Shown here: piece by piece, positions 8,508 to 19,755 of the stretch
Layout: the number at the start of each line of letters is the position of its first letter
Numbering within the stretch: position 1 is the first letter of the stretch
Assembly: GCA_963828255.1 (NCBI GenBank)
Contig: CAWHDZ010000037.1
Coordinates: 1 to 27,711 of the forward strand
DNA from: an uncultured delta proteobacterium
Lineage (GTDB): Bacteria > Myxococcota > Myxococcia > Myxococcales > Anaeromyxobacteraceae
Length of the DNA: 27,711 nucleotides
Direction of reading: 5' to 3'
Notes under the pieces: model-generated
The model's database searches: none
What the model saw: only the letters and a program-made list of their open reading frames with translations
Told to the model about the DNA's origin: nothing
Translations under genes and position numbers: made by a program

Positions 8508-10469
8508 GTGAACTGGGACCTCTCGAAATACCTGGCGCTCTTCGTCTCCGAGTCGCGGGAGCACCTCGACGCCCTCTCCGCCGGGCTGGTGCGGCTCGAG
8601 AAGTCGGGCGGCGCAGGCGAGGTCCCGGCCGCGGTCGTGGACGAGCTCTTCCGCCACGTCCACAGCCTGAAGGGCATGGCCGCCGCCATGCAGCAGGAGG
8701 GCATCGCGCTGCTCGCCCACCGGGCCGAGGACGTGGTGGGGGTGGTCCGCGCCCTCGGGACCGCGCCCTCCGCCGAGGTGGTGGACCTGCTGCTCAACGT
8801 CACCGACGCCCTCTCCGAGATGGTGAAGGAGGCCGGGGCCGGGGGCACGCCGGCCGCCCCCGAGCCGCTGGCCGAGCGGCTCCTGGCGGCGTCGACCCGG
8901 CTGCGGGGAGCGACCGCGATCGTCGCCGCGCCTCCCTCCGCCGCACCCTCCCCGGCGCCAGCCGGGCCCTCCCCGGAGGCGATCCCCGCCGGGGGGACGC
9001 GCCGCCTCCGCGTGGACGTCGAGGTCGTGGAGGCGAGCCCGGTTCCCGCGGTGCGCGGCTTCCTCGTCCTGAAGCGGCTCGAGGGCGCGGGCCGGATCGT
9101 CAGGGCCAGCCCGGGCGCGGCGGAGCTGCGGGCCGGCCAGATGCCGGGCCGGAAGCTCACCGTGGAGGTCGAGACCGACCAGCCGGCCGCCGAGGTCGAG
9201 CGAACGCTGGCCCAGATCGCCGACCTCGGACGGATCCAGGTCCAGGAGGTGGCGGAGCCCGCGCCCACCCCTCCCCCGAAGATGCCGCCGAGGCCGGAAG
9301 GGCCCGGCGAGGCGCCCCGCACCGTGCGGGTCCGCGCCGAGATGCTCGACGAGTTCCTCGACGTGTCGGGCGAGCTCCTCCTCGCCACCGCCCGCCTTCG
9401 CGAGCTGGGACGGGCCATGCCAGAGGCCGGCCGGCGCGCCCACGAGGAAGGGCTCGACAGGCTCCAGGCCATCGCCAAGGAACTGCACGGGCGGGTGATG
9501 TCGGCGCGCATGACCCCGCTCACCGGCCTCTCCGACCGGCTCCCCCGGGCGGCGCGCGACCTGGCCCGCCGCACCGGGAAGCAGGTGGACGTGGTGGTGA
9601 CCGGCTCCGAGATCGAGGTGGACCGGGCGCTGCTCGACGAGATCTCCGACCCGGTCCTGCACCTCCTCCGGAACGCCGTGGACCATGGCATCGAGACCGC
9701 CGCGCAACGGATCGCCGCCGGCAAGCGCCCCACCGGGCGCATCGAGGTGTCGGCGCGGCGGGAGCGGGACCGGGTGATCCTGGAGGTCTCGGACGACGGC
9801 CGGGGCATGGACCCGGAGTCGCTGCGCCGCTCGGCGGTGGCGCGTGGAGCCATCGGCGCCGAGGCGGCGGCGGCGCTCCCCGACGCGGAGGCCCTCCTGC
9901 TCTCCTGCCTGCCCGGGGTCTCCACCGCCGGCCAGGTCACCGACGTCTCCGGGCGCGGGGTGGGCATGGACGCGGTGAAGCGCAGCGTCGAGTCGCTCTC
10001 CGGCACGCTCGCCATCGAGAGCCGGCGGGGCGAGGGAACCCGCTTCACGATGCGCCTGCCGCTCACCGTGGCCATGCAGCCGGTGCTGCTCGTGCGGGTG
10101 GGGCAGGAGGTGGTGGCCATCCCGGTCTCCAAGGTCCACGGGGCATCGCAGGCCCACGTCGAGGCGCTCGACCGGGCCGGTGGCGCGCCGCAGCTGGCCT
10201 TCGCCGGTGGCCACGTCCCGGTGCACGACCTGGGGGTGCTGCTCGGGACCGGTCCGGCCGCCGACGGGCGCCGCCGCTCCATCGTGATAACGGAGAGTGA
10301 AACGGGGCGGGTCGGCCTGGCCGTGGACCAGCTCCTCGGCCAGGAGGAGGCGGTCCTCAAGCCGCTCCACGGGCCGCTCTCCCTGGTTCCCGGGCTGTCG
10401 GCCGTCACCGTGCTCGGCAACGGGCGGCCGGTCTTCGTGATCGACGTCCCGGCCCTGGTGGCGGCATGA
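8508..10469 (+). CDS. cheA: CheA histidine kinase (DifE-like): Hpt, P2, dimerisation, HATPase and CheW domains
   Basis: LFRHVHSLKGMAA (Hpt His), HLLRNAVDHGIE, DDGRGMD, PGVSTA...VSGRGVGMDAVK, RLPLT, C-terminal CheW-like domain. Confidence 0.95.
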   Translation: MNWDLSKYLALFVSESREHLDALSAGLVRLEKSGGAGEVPAAVVDELFRHVHSLKGMAAAMQQEGIALLAHRAEDVVGVVRALGTAPSAEVVDLLLNVTDALSEMVKEAGAGGTPAAPEPLAERLLAASTRLRGATAIVAAPPSAAPSPAPAGPSPEAIPAGGTRRLRVDVEVVEASPVPAVRGFLVLKRLEGAGRIVRASPGAAELRAGQMPGRKLTVEVETDQPAAEVERTLAQIADLGRIQVQEVAEPAPTPPPKMPPRPEGPGEAPRTVRVRAEMLDEFLDVSGELLLATARLRELGRAMPEAGRRAHEEGLDRLQAIAKELHGRVMSARMTPLTGLSDRLPRAARDLARRTGKQVDVVVTGSEIEVDRALLDEISDPVLHLLRNAVDHGIETAAQRIAAGKRPTGRIEVSARRERDRVILEVSDDGRGMDPESLRRSAVARGAIGAEAAAALPDAEALLLSCLPGVSTAGQVTDVSGRGVGMDAVKRSVESLSGTLAIESRRGEGTRFTMRLPLTVAMQPVLLVRVGQEVVAIPVSKVHGASQAHVEALDRAGGAPQLAFAGGHVPVHDLGVLLGTGPAADGRRRSIVITESETGRVGLAVDQLLGQEEAVLKPLHGPLSLVPGLSAVTVLGNGRPVFVIDVPALVAA

Positions 10470-11056
10470 ACCCCTCCAGCCAGCGCAGGGAGGAGGTCCT
10501 CGAGGCGCTCCGGCGCCTGGCCGCCCAGGGCGGGACCCAGGCCGCCGCCGCGGTGGGGAAGTTCCTCGGCCGGCCCACCCTGGCCGACGAGGTCCGCTTC
10601 CTCGAGGGGCCCGACGCGCAGGGCGTCGTCCGGATGGTGGGACGGCCCGACCAGGAATTCGTGGCCATCGCCATCGAGCTTCAGGAGCCGCTGGGCGGCC
10701 GGCTCGTCCTGCTCCTCCCCGCCGAGGAGGCGGAGCTCATCTCCCAGAGGATGGTCCCCGACGCGGCGGCCGGATCGCTCGACGCGGTGGGGGAGAGCGC
10801 GCTCGTGGAGATGGGAAACATCGCCGGGTCGTCCTTCGTCTCGGCGATGGCGGGCCGGATCCAGTCGCGGCTGCTCCACGGCGTGCCGCGCCTCACCCGC
10901 GGCGGCGCCCGGGCCTGCCTCGATACCCTGGCGCCCGGCGCGGCCGGACCGGCACTGGCGGTGCGATTGGGGTGCCCCGAGACCATCGGCACCTTACTCC
11001 TCCTCCCGGACCCCGCCCGTCTGGACGGCCTGGCCAGGGTCCTGGAGATTCCCTGA
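10466..11056 (+). CDS. cheC: CheC-family phosphatase (DifG-like)
   Basis: SALVEMGNI matches the CheC E-x-x-N motif. Follows cheA with an ATGA overlap. The N-terminal repeat motif is degenerate. Confidence 0.8.
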   Translation: MNPSSQRREEVLEALRRLAAQGGTQAAAAVGKFLGRPTLADEVRFLEGPDAQGVVRMVGRPDQEFVAIAIELQEPLGGRLVLLLPAEEAELISQRMVPDAAAGSLDAVGESALVEMGNIAGSSFVSAMAGRIQSRLLHGVPRLTRGGARACLDTLAPGAAGPALAVRLGCPETIGTLLLLPDPARLDGLARVLEIP

Positions 11057-11799
11057 TGGACGAGAAGGGGCTGCGTCGGCTGCTCGGGCGCCTCCGCCGG
11101 GGGGACGCCGGCGTGGACGAGGTGGTGGGGGCGCTCAAGGGCGCGCCCTACGAGGAGGTCGGCGGGTACGCCTCCATCGACCACCACCGCACGCTGCGGG
11201 TCGGGATGCCCGAGGTGGTGCTGGCCGAGCGCAAGACCGCCGCGCAGGTGGCGGCCATCGCCCGGAAGCTCGCGGCCCGGGGGCCGCTCCTGGTCACCCG
11301 GCTCGACCCGGCCAAGGCGGGGCCGGCGCGCCGGGCGGTGCGCGGCTCCCGCTATGACCCGGTCTCCCGCACCCTCTCCCGCGGCCGGATGGACCTCCCG
11401 GTGAGGGGGCCGGTGGCGGTCTGCTGCGCCGGCACGAGCGACGTCCCGGTCTGCGAGGAGGCGGCGGTGACGCTCGACGTGATGGGCGTTCCGGTGCTGC
11501 GGATCTACGATGTGGGCGTGGCCGGGCTGCACCGGTTGCTGGCACGCCGCGCCGACCTCGACCGCGCCGTGGCCGTGATCGTCGCGGCGGGGATGGAGGG
11601 AGCGCTCCCCAGCGTGGTGGGCGGGCTGGTCGGGAAGCCCGTGATCGGCCTCCCCACGTCGGTCGGCTACGGCGCCAGCCTGGGCGGCATCGCCCCGCTG
11701 CTCACGATGCTCAACTCCTGCGCGCCCAACGTCACGGTGGTCAACGTGGACAACGGATTCGGCGCCGGGTTCGTGGCCGGGCTCATCGCCCGGCAGTGA
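11056..11799 (+). CDS. larB: Nickel-pincer cofactor biosynthesis protein LarB (NaAD carboxylase/hydrolase, PurE-like)
   Basis: [78 protein letters not shown] overlap with cheC. Confidence 0.93.
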   Translation: MDEKGLRRLLGRLRRGDAGVDEVVGALKGAPYEEVGGYASIDHHRTLRVGMPEVVLAERKTAAQVAAIARKLAARGPLLVTRLDPAKAGPARRAVRGSRYDPVSRTLSRGRMDLPVRGPVAVCCAGTSDVPVCEEAAVTLDVMGVPVLRIYDVGVAGLHRLLARRADLDRAVAVIVAAGMEGALPSVVGGLVGKPVIGLPTSVGYGASLGGIAPLLTMLNSCAPNVTVVNVDNGFGAGFVAGLIARQ

Positions 11800-11803
11800 A
11801 GGG

Positions 11804-12982
11804 ATGGGGATGGGGAAGATCCTCTTGCTCGAGCCGGTGGGCGGGATCGCGGGCGACATGTTCGTGGCCGCCGCCCTCGACATGGGCGTGCCGCGCGCCG
11901 ACCTCGACGGTGCGCTCGGCACGTTGCGCCTCCCCGGCTTCCGCCTCGTCGCCACCCGGGCCCAGGCGGGCGGGATCGAAGGCACCCACGTGGACGTCCT
12001 CCTCGAGGGTCCCTCGCCCGCGGAGCGGGACCTGGCCGGGATCCTCGCCGTCATCGACGGGAGCGGCCTCTCCGCGCGCGCCCGCGCCGCCGCGCGCGCC
12101 GTCTTCGAGCGGATCGGCCGGGCCGAGGCCCGCGTCCACGGTGTGCCGCTCGAGCGGGTGCACTTCCACGAGGTGGGCGCGGTGGACTCCATCGTGGACG
12201 TCTGCGCCGCCGCGGCGGTGCTCGAGATCCTGGGCTGGCCGCGGGTGCTGTGCGCCCCGCCCGAGCTCGGGCAGGGGTTCGTCTCCACCGCGCACGGCCG
12301 CCTCCCGGTCCCGCCGCCGGCGGTGGTCGAGATCCTGAAGGGGGTTCCGGTGCGGCCGGGCGGCCCGCAGGGGGAGGCGGTCACGCCCACCGGCGCGGCC
12401 ATCCTGGCCGTGCTCGCCGAGGTGGCCGACCCGTCCACCTTCCCGCCCTTCTCCGCGGCCATGGTGGGGTACGGCCTGGGCACGGCGCGCTGGAGCGACC
12501 GGCCCAACGTGCTGCGCATGACCCTCGGCGAGGAGGCGGCCCGGGGAGGGCTGTGGGTCGTGGAGACGAACCTCGACGACTGCCCGGGGCAGCTCGTGGC
12601 CCGGGCCATCGAGGCGGCGCTCGCCGCCGGGGCGAAGGACGCCTGGGCCGCGCCGCTCACGATGAAGAAGGGGCGTCCCGGGATCCTCCTCGGCGCGCTC
12701 GTCGCCGGGGAGCATCGCGACGCGGTGGTCCGCGTGATCCTCGACGAGACCACCACCCTGGGAGTCCGCCTCCACCCGGTCGAGCGGGTCGAGCTCGAGC
12801 GGGAGCTCGTGAGGGTGGACACGGCCTTCGGGGAGGTGCGGGTGAAGGTGGCCCGGCGGGGAGGCGTCGCGGTGGGGGCGCACCCCGAGTACGAGGACTG
12901 CCTGGCCCGCGCCTCGGCGCACGGCGTGCCGGTCCGCGAGGTCATGGCCGCCGCGCTCACCGCCTTCCGCACGGCAGGGTGA
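11804..12982 (+). CDS. larC: Nickel-pincer cofactor biosynthesis protein LarC (CTP-dependent nickel insertase)
   Basis: [76 protein letters not shown]. LarC1 and LarC2 halves are in one ORF. Confidence 0.93.
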   Translation: MGMGKILLLEPVGGIAGDMFVAAALDMGVPRADLDGALGTLRLPGFRLVATRAQAGGIEGTHVDVLLEGPSPAERDLAGILAVIDGSGLSARARAAARAVFERIGRAEARVHGVPLERVHFHEVGAVDSIVDVCAAAAVLEILGWPRVLCAPPELGQGFVSTAHGRLPVPPPAVVEILKGVPVRPGGPQGEAVTPTGAAILAVLAEVADPSTFPPFSAAMVGYGLGTARWSDRPNVLRMTLGEEAARGGLWVVETNLDDCPGQLVARAIEAALAAGAKDAWAAPLTMKKGRPGILLGALVAGEHRDAVVRVILDETTTLGVRLHPVERVELERELVRVDTAFGEVRVKVARRGGVAVGAHPEYEDCLARASAHGVPVREVMAAALTAFRTAG

Positions 12983-12988
12983 ACGGCG

Positions 12989-14794
12989 GTGCACGATCCC
13001 CTCTCCGCCGCCTTCGAGGACCTCGCCATCCCGGCCGCGCTGGTCGAGCGGGGGCGCATCGTCAGGGCCAACCCCGCCTTCGGCCGCTCGGTCGGTCGCG
13101 AGCCGCGCGCCTGCGCCGGAGAGCAGCTCGAGGCGCTGCTCCGGCCCGGGCAGGTGGTCCGGGGGGCCAACGAGGCCGACGCCCCCTGGCTCGCGCTCCT
13201 CGACCTCCCGGCGCCGGGGCCCGACCCGGACGCGGCCCGCGCGCTCCTCGACCTGACCCGGGGTCTCGCGCAGTCGCACGCGCAGGACGACGTCGCCGCG
13301 GTGCTGGCCCGGGCCCTGGCTTCCCTCTTCCCCGGGCGCGCCCATTGCATCCGGCTCGTGGACCCGAAGACGCTCGCCCAGGTGTCCCTGCTCGCGAGCG
13401 CCCCGATCGTGGACGGCGGCCCGCCGCCCGTGTCGCTCCGGGGAGAGGCGGTGCGCCAGGGCGGCCTCTCCGAGGCGGCGCTCCAGTCGGGCGGCCTGCG
13501 GCTCGTGGACGAGGACGTCCCCTGCTGCGTGGGAAGCGTCCATTCGGTGGCGGTCCCCCTCGGCGTCGGCAGCCAGCTCTTCGGCGTGGTGAGCCTGGAG
13601 TACCCTCCGGGCGCCCCGGGCGGCCCGGCCTTCGACGAGCCGCTCCTCGTCCAGGTCACCAACCCAGCCGCGCTCGGCCTGCGCAACCTGCGCTCGGTGG
13701 CGGAGCTCACCTTCCTCAAGAACTATCTGGAGGAGCTGCTCGAGAACGCCAACGCCCTCATCCTCGTCACCAACCGGCAGCATCACGTCCTGCTCTTCAA
13801 CCGGGCCGTCTCCCGCCTGACCCGCCTCGGCGGCGAGGACGCGCTGGGCGCCGACCTGCTCGGGCTCCTCCCCGAGGGGGAGCGGGAGCGCACCCGGGCC
13901 GTCCTGCAGCGCAGCATCGACGGCGAGGCGGTGACCGGCTTCGAGACGCGGCTGGCGATCCGGGGAGGAGGGGAGGCGCTCGTCCACTTCAACACCGCGC
14001 CCATCGTCGGCCACGGTGGCGAGGTGGAGGGCGTCATCGCCATCGGCCAGGATCTGACCGCGCTGAAGGCCATGGAGCGGAGGGCCGAGCACTTCCAGCG
14101 ACTGGCCGCGGTGGGGCAGCTGGCCGCCGGCATCGTCCACGAGCTCAACAACCCGCTCGTGGCCGTGGTCACCTACTCCGACCACCTGCTGGAGCGGCGC
14201 AGGGGCCGCGAGCTCGACCCCGGCGACGCCGAGAAGCTGCGCCGCATCCGCGACGCCGGCGATCGCATCCAGAGGCTGGCGCGCGACCTCATCACCTACG
14301 CGCGCCCCGGCGCCGACAGCCCCGAGCCGCTCGACCTGGGCATCCTGCTCGACCAGGCCGCCCGCATGTGCGATCCCGCGCTGCGCGAGGCCCGGGCCCG
14401 GGTGCTCCAGGAGATCGCACCGGCGCCCACGATCCTGGGGGGCCGGGCCGGCCTCCTCCAGGTCTTCGTGAACCTGATCACCAACGCGGCGCAGGCCCTT
14501 CCGGAACGGGGGGGGACCGTCACGCTCTCGCTCCAGGGGCTCGGAGACGAGGTGATCGCGCGGGTCTCCGACGACGGGAAGGGCATGCCGCCCGAGGTCC
14601 AGGCGCGCATCTTCGAGCCCTTCTTCAGCACCAAGGAGGGCGGGCGCGGCGTGGGGCTCGGACTCTCCATCGTCCAGGGGATCGTGTCCCGCCACGGCGG
14701 CGCCATCGACGTCGCGAGCGAGCCGGACCGGGGGACGACCTTCTCGGTTCGGCTGCCTCTCCGCTATCAGGGAACGATCGAGAGAACGCCGTAG
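12989..14794 (+). CDS. Cytoplasmic sensor histidine kinase (partial PAS-like N-terminus, GAF, PAS, HisKA, HATPase; NtrB-like core)
   Basis: PAS segment LLENANALILVTN...FNRAV...GQD, H-box GQLAAGIVHELNNPL, QVFVNLITNA, DDGKGM, FEPFFSTK, GVGLGL. Confidence 0.88.
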   Translation: MHDPLSAAFEDLAIPAALVERGRIVRANPAFGRSVGREPRACAGEQLEALLRPGQVVRGANEADAPWLALLDLPAPGPDPDAARALLDLTRGLAQSHAQDDVAAVLARALASLFPGRAHCIRLVDPKTLAQVSLLASAPIVDGGPPPVSLRGEAVRQGGLSEAALQSGGLRLVDEDVPCCVGSVHSVAVPLGVGSQLFGVVSLEYPPGAPGGPAFDEPLLVQVTNPAALGLRNLRSVAELTFLKNYLEELLENANALILVTNRQHHVLLFNRAVSRLTRLGGEDALGADLLGLLPEGERERTRAVLQRSIDGEAVTGFETRLAIRGGGEALVHFNTAPIVGHGGEVEGVIAIGQDLTALKAMERRAEHFQRLAAVGQLAAGIVHELNNPLVAVVTYSDHLLERRRGRELDPGDAEKLRRIRDAGDRIQRLARDLITYARPGADSPEPLDLGILLDQAARMCDPALREARARVLQEIAPAPTILGGRAGLLQVFVNLITNAAQALPERGGTVTLSLQGLGDEVIARVSDDGKGMPPEVQARIFEPFFSTKEGGRGVGLGLSIVQGIVSRHGGAIDVASEPDRGTTFSVRLPLRYQGTIERTP

Positions 14795-16446
14795 CCCACG
14801 AACTCCGGCAGGACGGCGGCGACCTCACCCGCCGACGGGACGAGCGCGACCTTCTCGTCGATCCCCCCGGCGCCCCGGAAGCGGGCGCGCCGCGCCGACC
14901 CGGAGAACTCCGTCGAGATCACCAGCGTCGCCCCACGCACCGGGCCGTCGGCGAGGGAGGAGACGTGGACGTCGAGCCGCCGGGCCGGGCGCCAGACCGA
15001 GACCGAAAGCGGCGTGGGCGAGACCACCTGCACGGCGCGCCGCCCCCGCCCGGAGAGCGCGGCCAGGGCCCGGTCCACCGGGTCGGCCGACGGCGCCACG
15101 GCGAGGGATCCGCCCGACGGCGCCGGGACGAGCGGGGGGAGCGCCACGAGCGAACCCTCCCCGGTCCGGGTGGCCTTCGAACGCCCCACCTTGGTTTCCG
15201 GCAGGAAGGGCGGGAGCATGCGGCCGCCCGGCCCGGCGGCACGCGCCTCACCGAGGACCAGGAGATTGCCGCCCGCCTCGAGGAAACGGGTCACGGCGGT
15301 GGCCTCGACCGGCGTCATCCCGATGGGCTGGGGCAGGACCAGGACCGAGCCGGGGCGCAGCGGGCTTCCGCCGGTGGCCACGTCCCACTGGACGTGGAGG
15401 CGAGAGAGGATCTCGCCGACCTCCTCGAACTCGAGCCGGTGCAGGCCGCTCGACCACACGTCGGCCTCGGGGGAGTAGAAGACCAGGCACTCGGCGACCG
15501 GGTTCTCGAACGGACGACCCTCCCGCCGGGCCGCGTGCTCGGAGAGGAGCGCGCGGATGGGCGTGAGCGCCACCGCCCGCTCCCCCTCCTCGAGTCCCAC
15601 CGTCACCCCCGTGGCGGCAAGCGCAGCAGCGTGGAGGGCGACCTGCCCGGCCGTCGCGCCGGCGGGGAGCTGGGCGGCGACCCGGCGCGTCCCGATGGCG
15701 GCGCGCCAGAGGCGGGCCTCGGCGCCGCCGGTGTGGTGGGGGAGCGGGCTCAGGGGAAGCACCGCGCCGTCGAGGAACCGTGCCGCCTGGAACTGGGCCG
15801 GTCCGGCCTGCTCGAAGCGGCCGACCAGGGTGAAGGGGCGCCGCGCCGCCCGGGCGGCGTCGCGGACCGGCAGCGCGTAGGCGGCCACCGCGTCGGACAG
15901 CGAGTCGAGCCGGAACCGCAGGAAGTCCCGGCCGAAGTGGAGCCTTCGAAAGCTCACCGCCCCCGGGGCGGAGGCCAGCTCGTCGGCGGCGATGCGCCGG
16001 AAGTCGAAGGGCTCCACCTGGTCGCCGTACTCCCGGCGCAGGTCGGCCTGGAAGGCTTCCTGGCAGGCGTCGCAGAAGCCGGCGCCGAGGAGCCCCAGGC
16101 CGAGCACCAGGTCGGGCCGGTCGAGGAGGGCCCCGGCGTAGCCGGCATCGAGGAGCGCCCGGCACCCGGCGACGACCCGGGCGCGGTGTGCGGCGCCCTG
16201 CAGGCAGGCCCGCTCGTGGCCGGCCGTCCCGGAGACCTGGCCACCGGCGTCCCTGCAGGCCTCCTGTCGATCGGCCGCGCTGCCGGCGGCGATCCGGCCC
16301 AGGGCCGTGGGGGCGAACCGCGGGGCGGCGGGCTCGGCCGGGTCCACCACGAGGGGCGCCCCCAGGGTCCGGGCGGCGTGGTTCTCGGTCTCGGGAAGAG
16401 GGTCCCCGGGGCGGATCCGGAAGGGCGCGAAGGGGGTCGAGGGCAC
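14767..16446 (-). CDS. Hypothetical protein resembling a degenerate GH42/GHL-type glycoside hydrolase with a beta-galactosidase trimerisation-like domain
   Basis: GFCDACQEAF...LRREYG resembles the Cys cluster of GH42-like TIM barrels. VLVLPQPIGMTPVEATAVTRFLEAGGNLLVLG resembles the GATase-like trimerisation domain. Start uncertain (GTG 16446 chosen; the track's 16737 start overlaps hppA). Confidence 0.55.
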   Translation of the reverse strand: MPSTPFAPFRIRPGDPLPETENHAARTLGAPLVVDPAEPAAPRFAPTALGRIAAGSAADRQEACRDAGGQVSGTAGHERACLQGAAHRARVVAGCRALLDAGYAGALLDRPDLVLGLGLLGAGFCDACQEAFQADLRREYGDQVEPFDFRRIAADELASAPGAVSFRRLHFGRDFLRFRLDSLSDAVAAYALPVRDAARAARRPFTLVGRFEQAGPAQFQAARFLDGAVLPLSPLPHHTGGAEARLWRAAIGTRRVAAQLPAGATAGQVALHAAALAATGVTVGLEEGERAVALTPIRALLSEHAARREGRPFENPVAECLVFYSPEADVWSSGLHRLEFEEVGEILSRLHVQWDVATGGSPLRPGSVLVLPQPIGMTPVEATAVTRFLEAGGNLLVLGEARAAGPGGRMLPPFLPETKVGRSKATRTGEGSLVALPPLVPAPSGGSLAVAPSADPVDRALAALSGRGRRAVQVVSPTPLSVSVWRPARRLDVHVSSLADGPVRGATLVISTEFSGSARRARFRGAGGIDEKVALVPSAGEVAAVLPEFVGYGVLSIVP

Positions 16447-16494
16447 GGACCGGGGACGGTACACCGCGCCCGGAGGGCCGGGCAACCCACCGTC

Positions 16495-16523
16495 TTGCGG
16501 GGGAGGGACCGGTTCAGTAGTAT
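16495..16523 (+). promoter_or_regulatory. Putative sigma70-type promoter of hppA
   Basis: TTGCGG (16495-16500), 17-nt spacer, TAGTAT (16518-16523) in the divergent intergenic region; GGAGG at 16566-16570. Confidence 0.5.
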
Positions 16524-16585
16524 GCCGCGCCTCCCGAGGGGTCCACGGGGGGTCATCCGCACATCGGAGGCATCCAGTTCCCGCC

Positions 16586-19041
<2,456 letters not shown>

Positions 19042-19045
<4 letters not shown>

Positions 19046-19755
19046 GCGAGCGAGCCGGACACCCCGCCGCGGAGAGCCTCCGTGCGCTCCTCGGCGGGTC
19101 GGCCGGCTCCCTCAAGATCTTCCCCCTGCCCGAGGTGGTGGTCTTCCCGGGCACGCCGGCGCCGTTCCACGTCTTCGAGCAGCGCTACCGCGCCATGACG
19201 AAGGCCGCCCTCTCGGGCGACCGGCTCATGGCCGTGGCCACGCTGCGCGACCCGGCCGACGCCGCGCAGTCCCGCGCGCCGCTCTTCCCGGTGGCCGGGG
19301 CCGGCTTCATCGAGGCCGACGAGCGGCTGCCCGACGGGCGGTTCAACATCCTGCTGCGCGGTGTGGCCCGGGTGCGGCTCCTGGAGGAAATCCTGGAGAC
19401 GGGTCGTCCGTACCGCGAGTTCCGGGTCGAGGTGCTGGACGACGTCTACCCTCCCGGCGGCCCCCCGTCCCTGGCCGCGGAGGTCTCCACCCTGGAGCGC
19501 TGCGTGCTCGAGCTGGCGCGGCGAAGCGACGCCGAGAGCGGGGAGCGCGACCTGGCCGAGGCGGTGGCGCGCATGAGGGCCCCGGGCCGGCTCGCCGACG
19601 CGGTCGCGGCGGCCCTTGTCTCCGACACGGCGTCGCGCATCGCCATCCTCGAGGAGCTCGACGTGGGGCGCCGCATCGGACTCGTGGTGGACGAGGTGGC
19701 GGCGCTCCTGCTCGGGACGTACGGGCCGGGCGGCTCGCCGGCGGCGAGCGCCTAG
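19042..19755 (+). CDS. Stand-alone LON peptidase substrate-binding (Lon N) domain protein
   Basis: IFPLPEVVVFPG...FHVFEQRYRAM, LPDGRFNILLRGVARVR. No AAA+ or protease domain. ATGA overlap with hppA. Confidence 0.85.

Noticed and set aside
11056..11799. Annotation as purE (AIR carboxylase)
   Set aside because: The extended N-terminal domain, LarB-specific motifs and adjacency to larC identify LarB.
16524..16585. Possible riboswitch (fluoride or Na+) in the hppA leader
   Set aside because: The leader is short and I could not match the conserved core of these riboswitches. An Rfam/Infernal scan would be needed.
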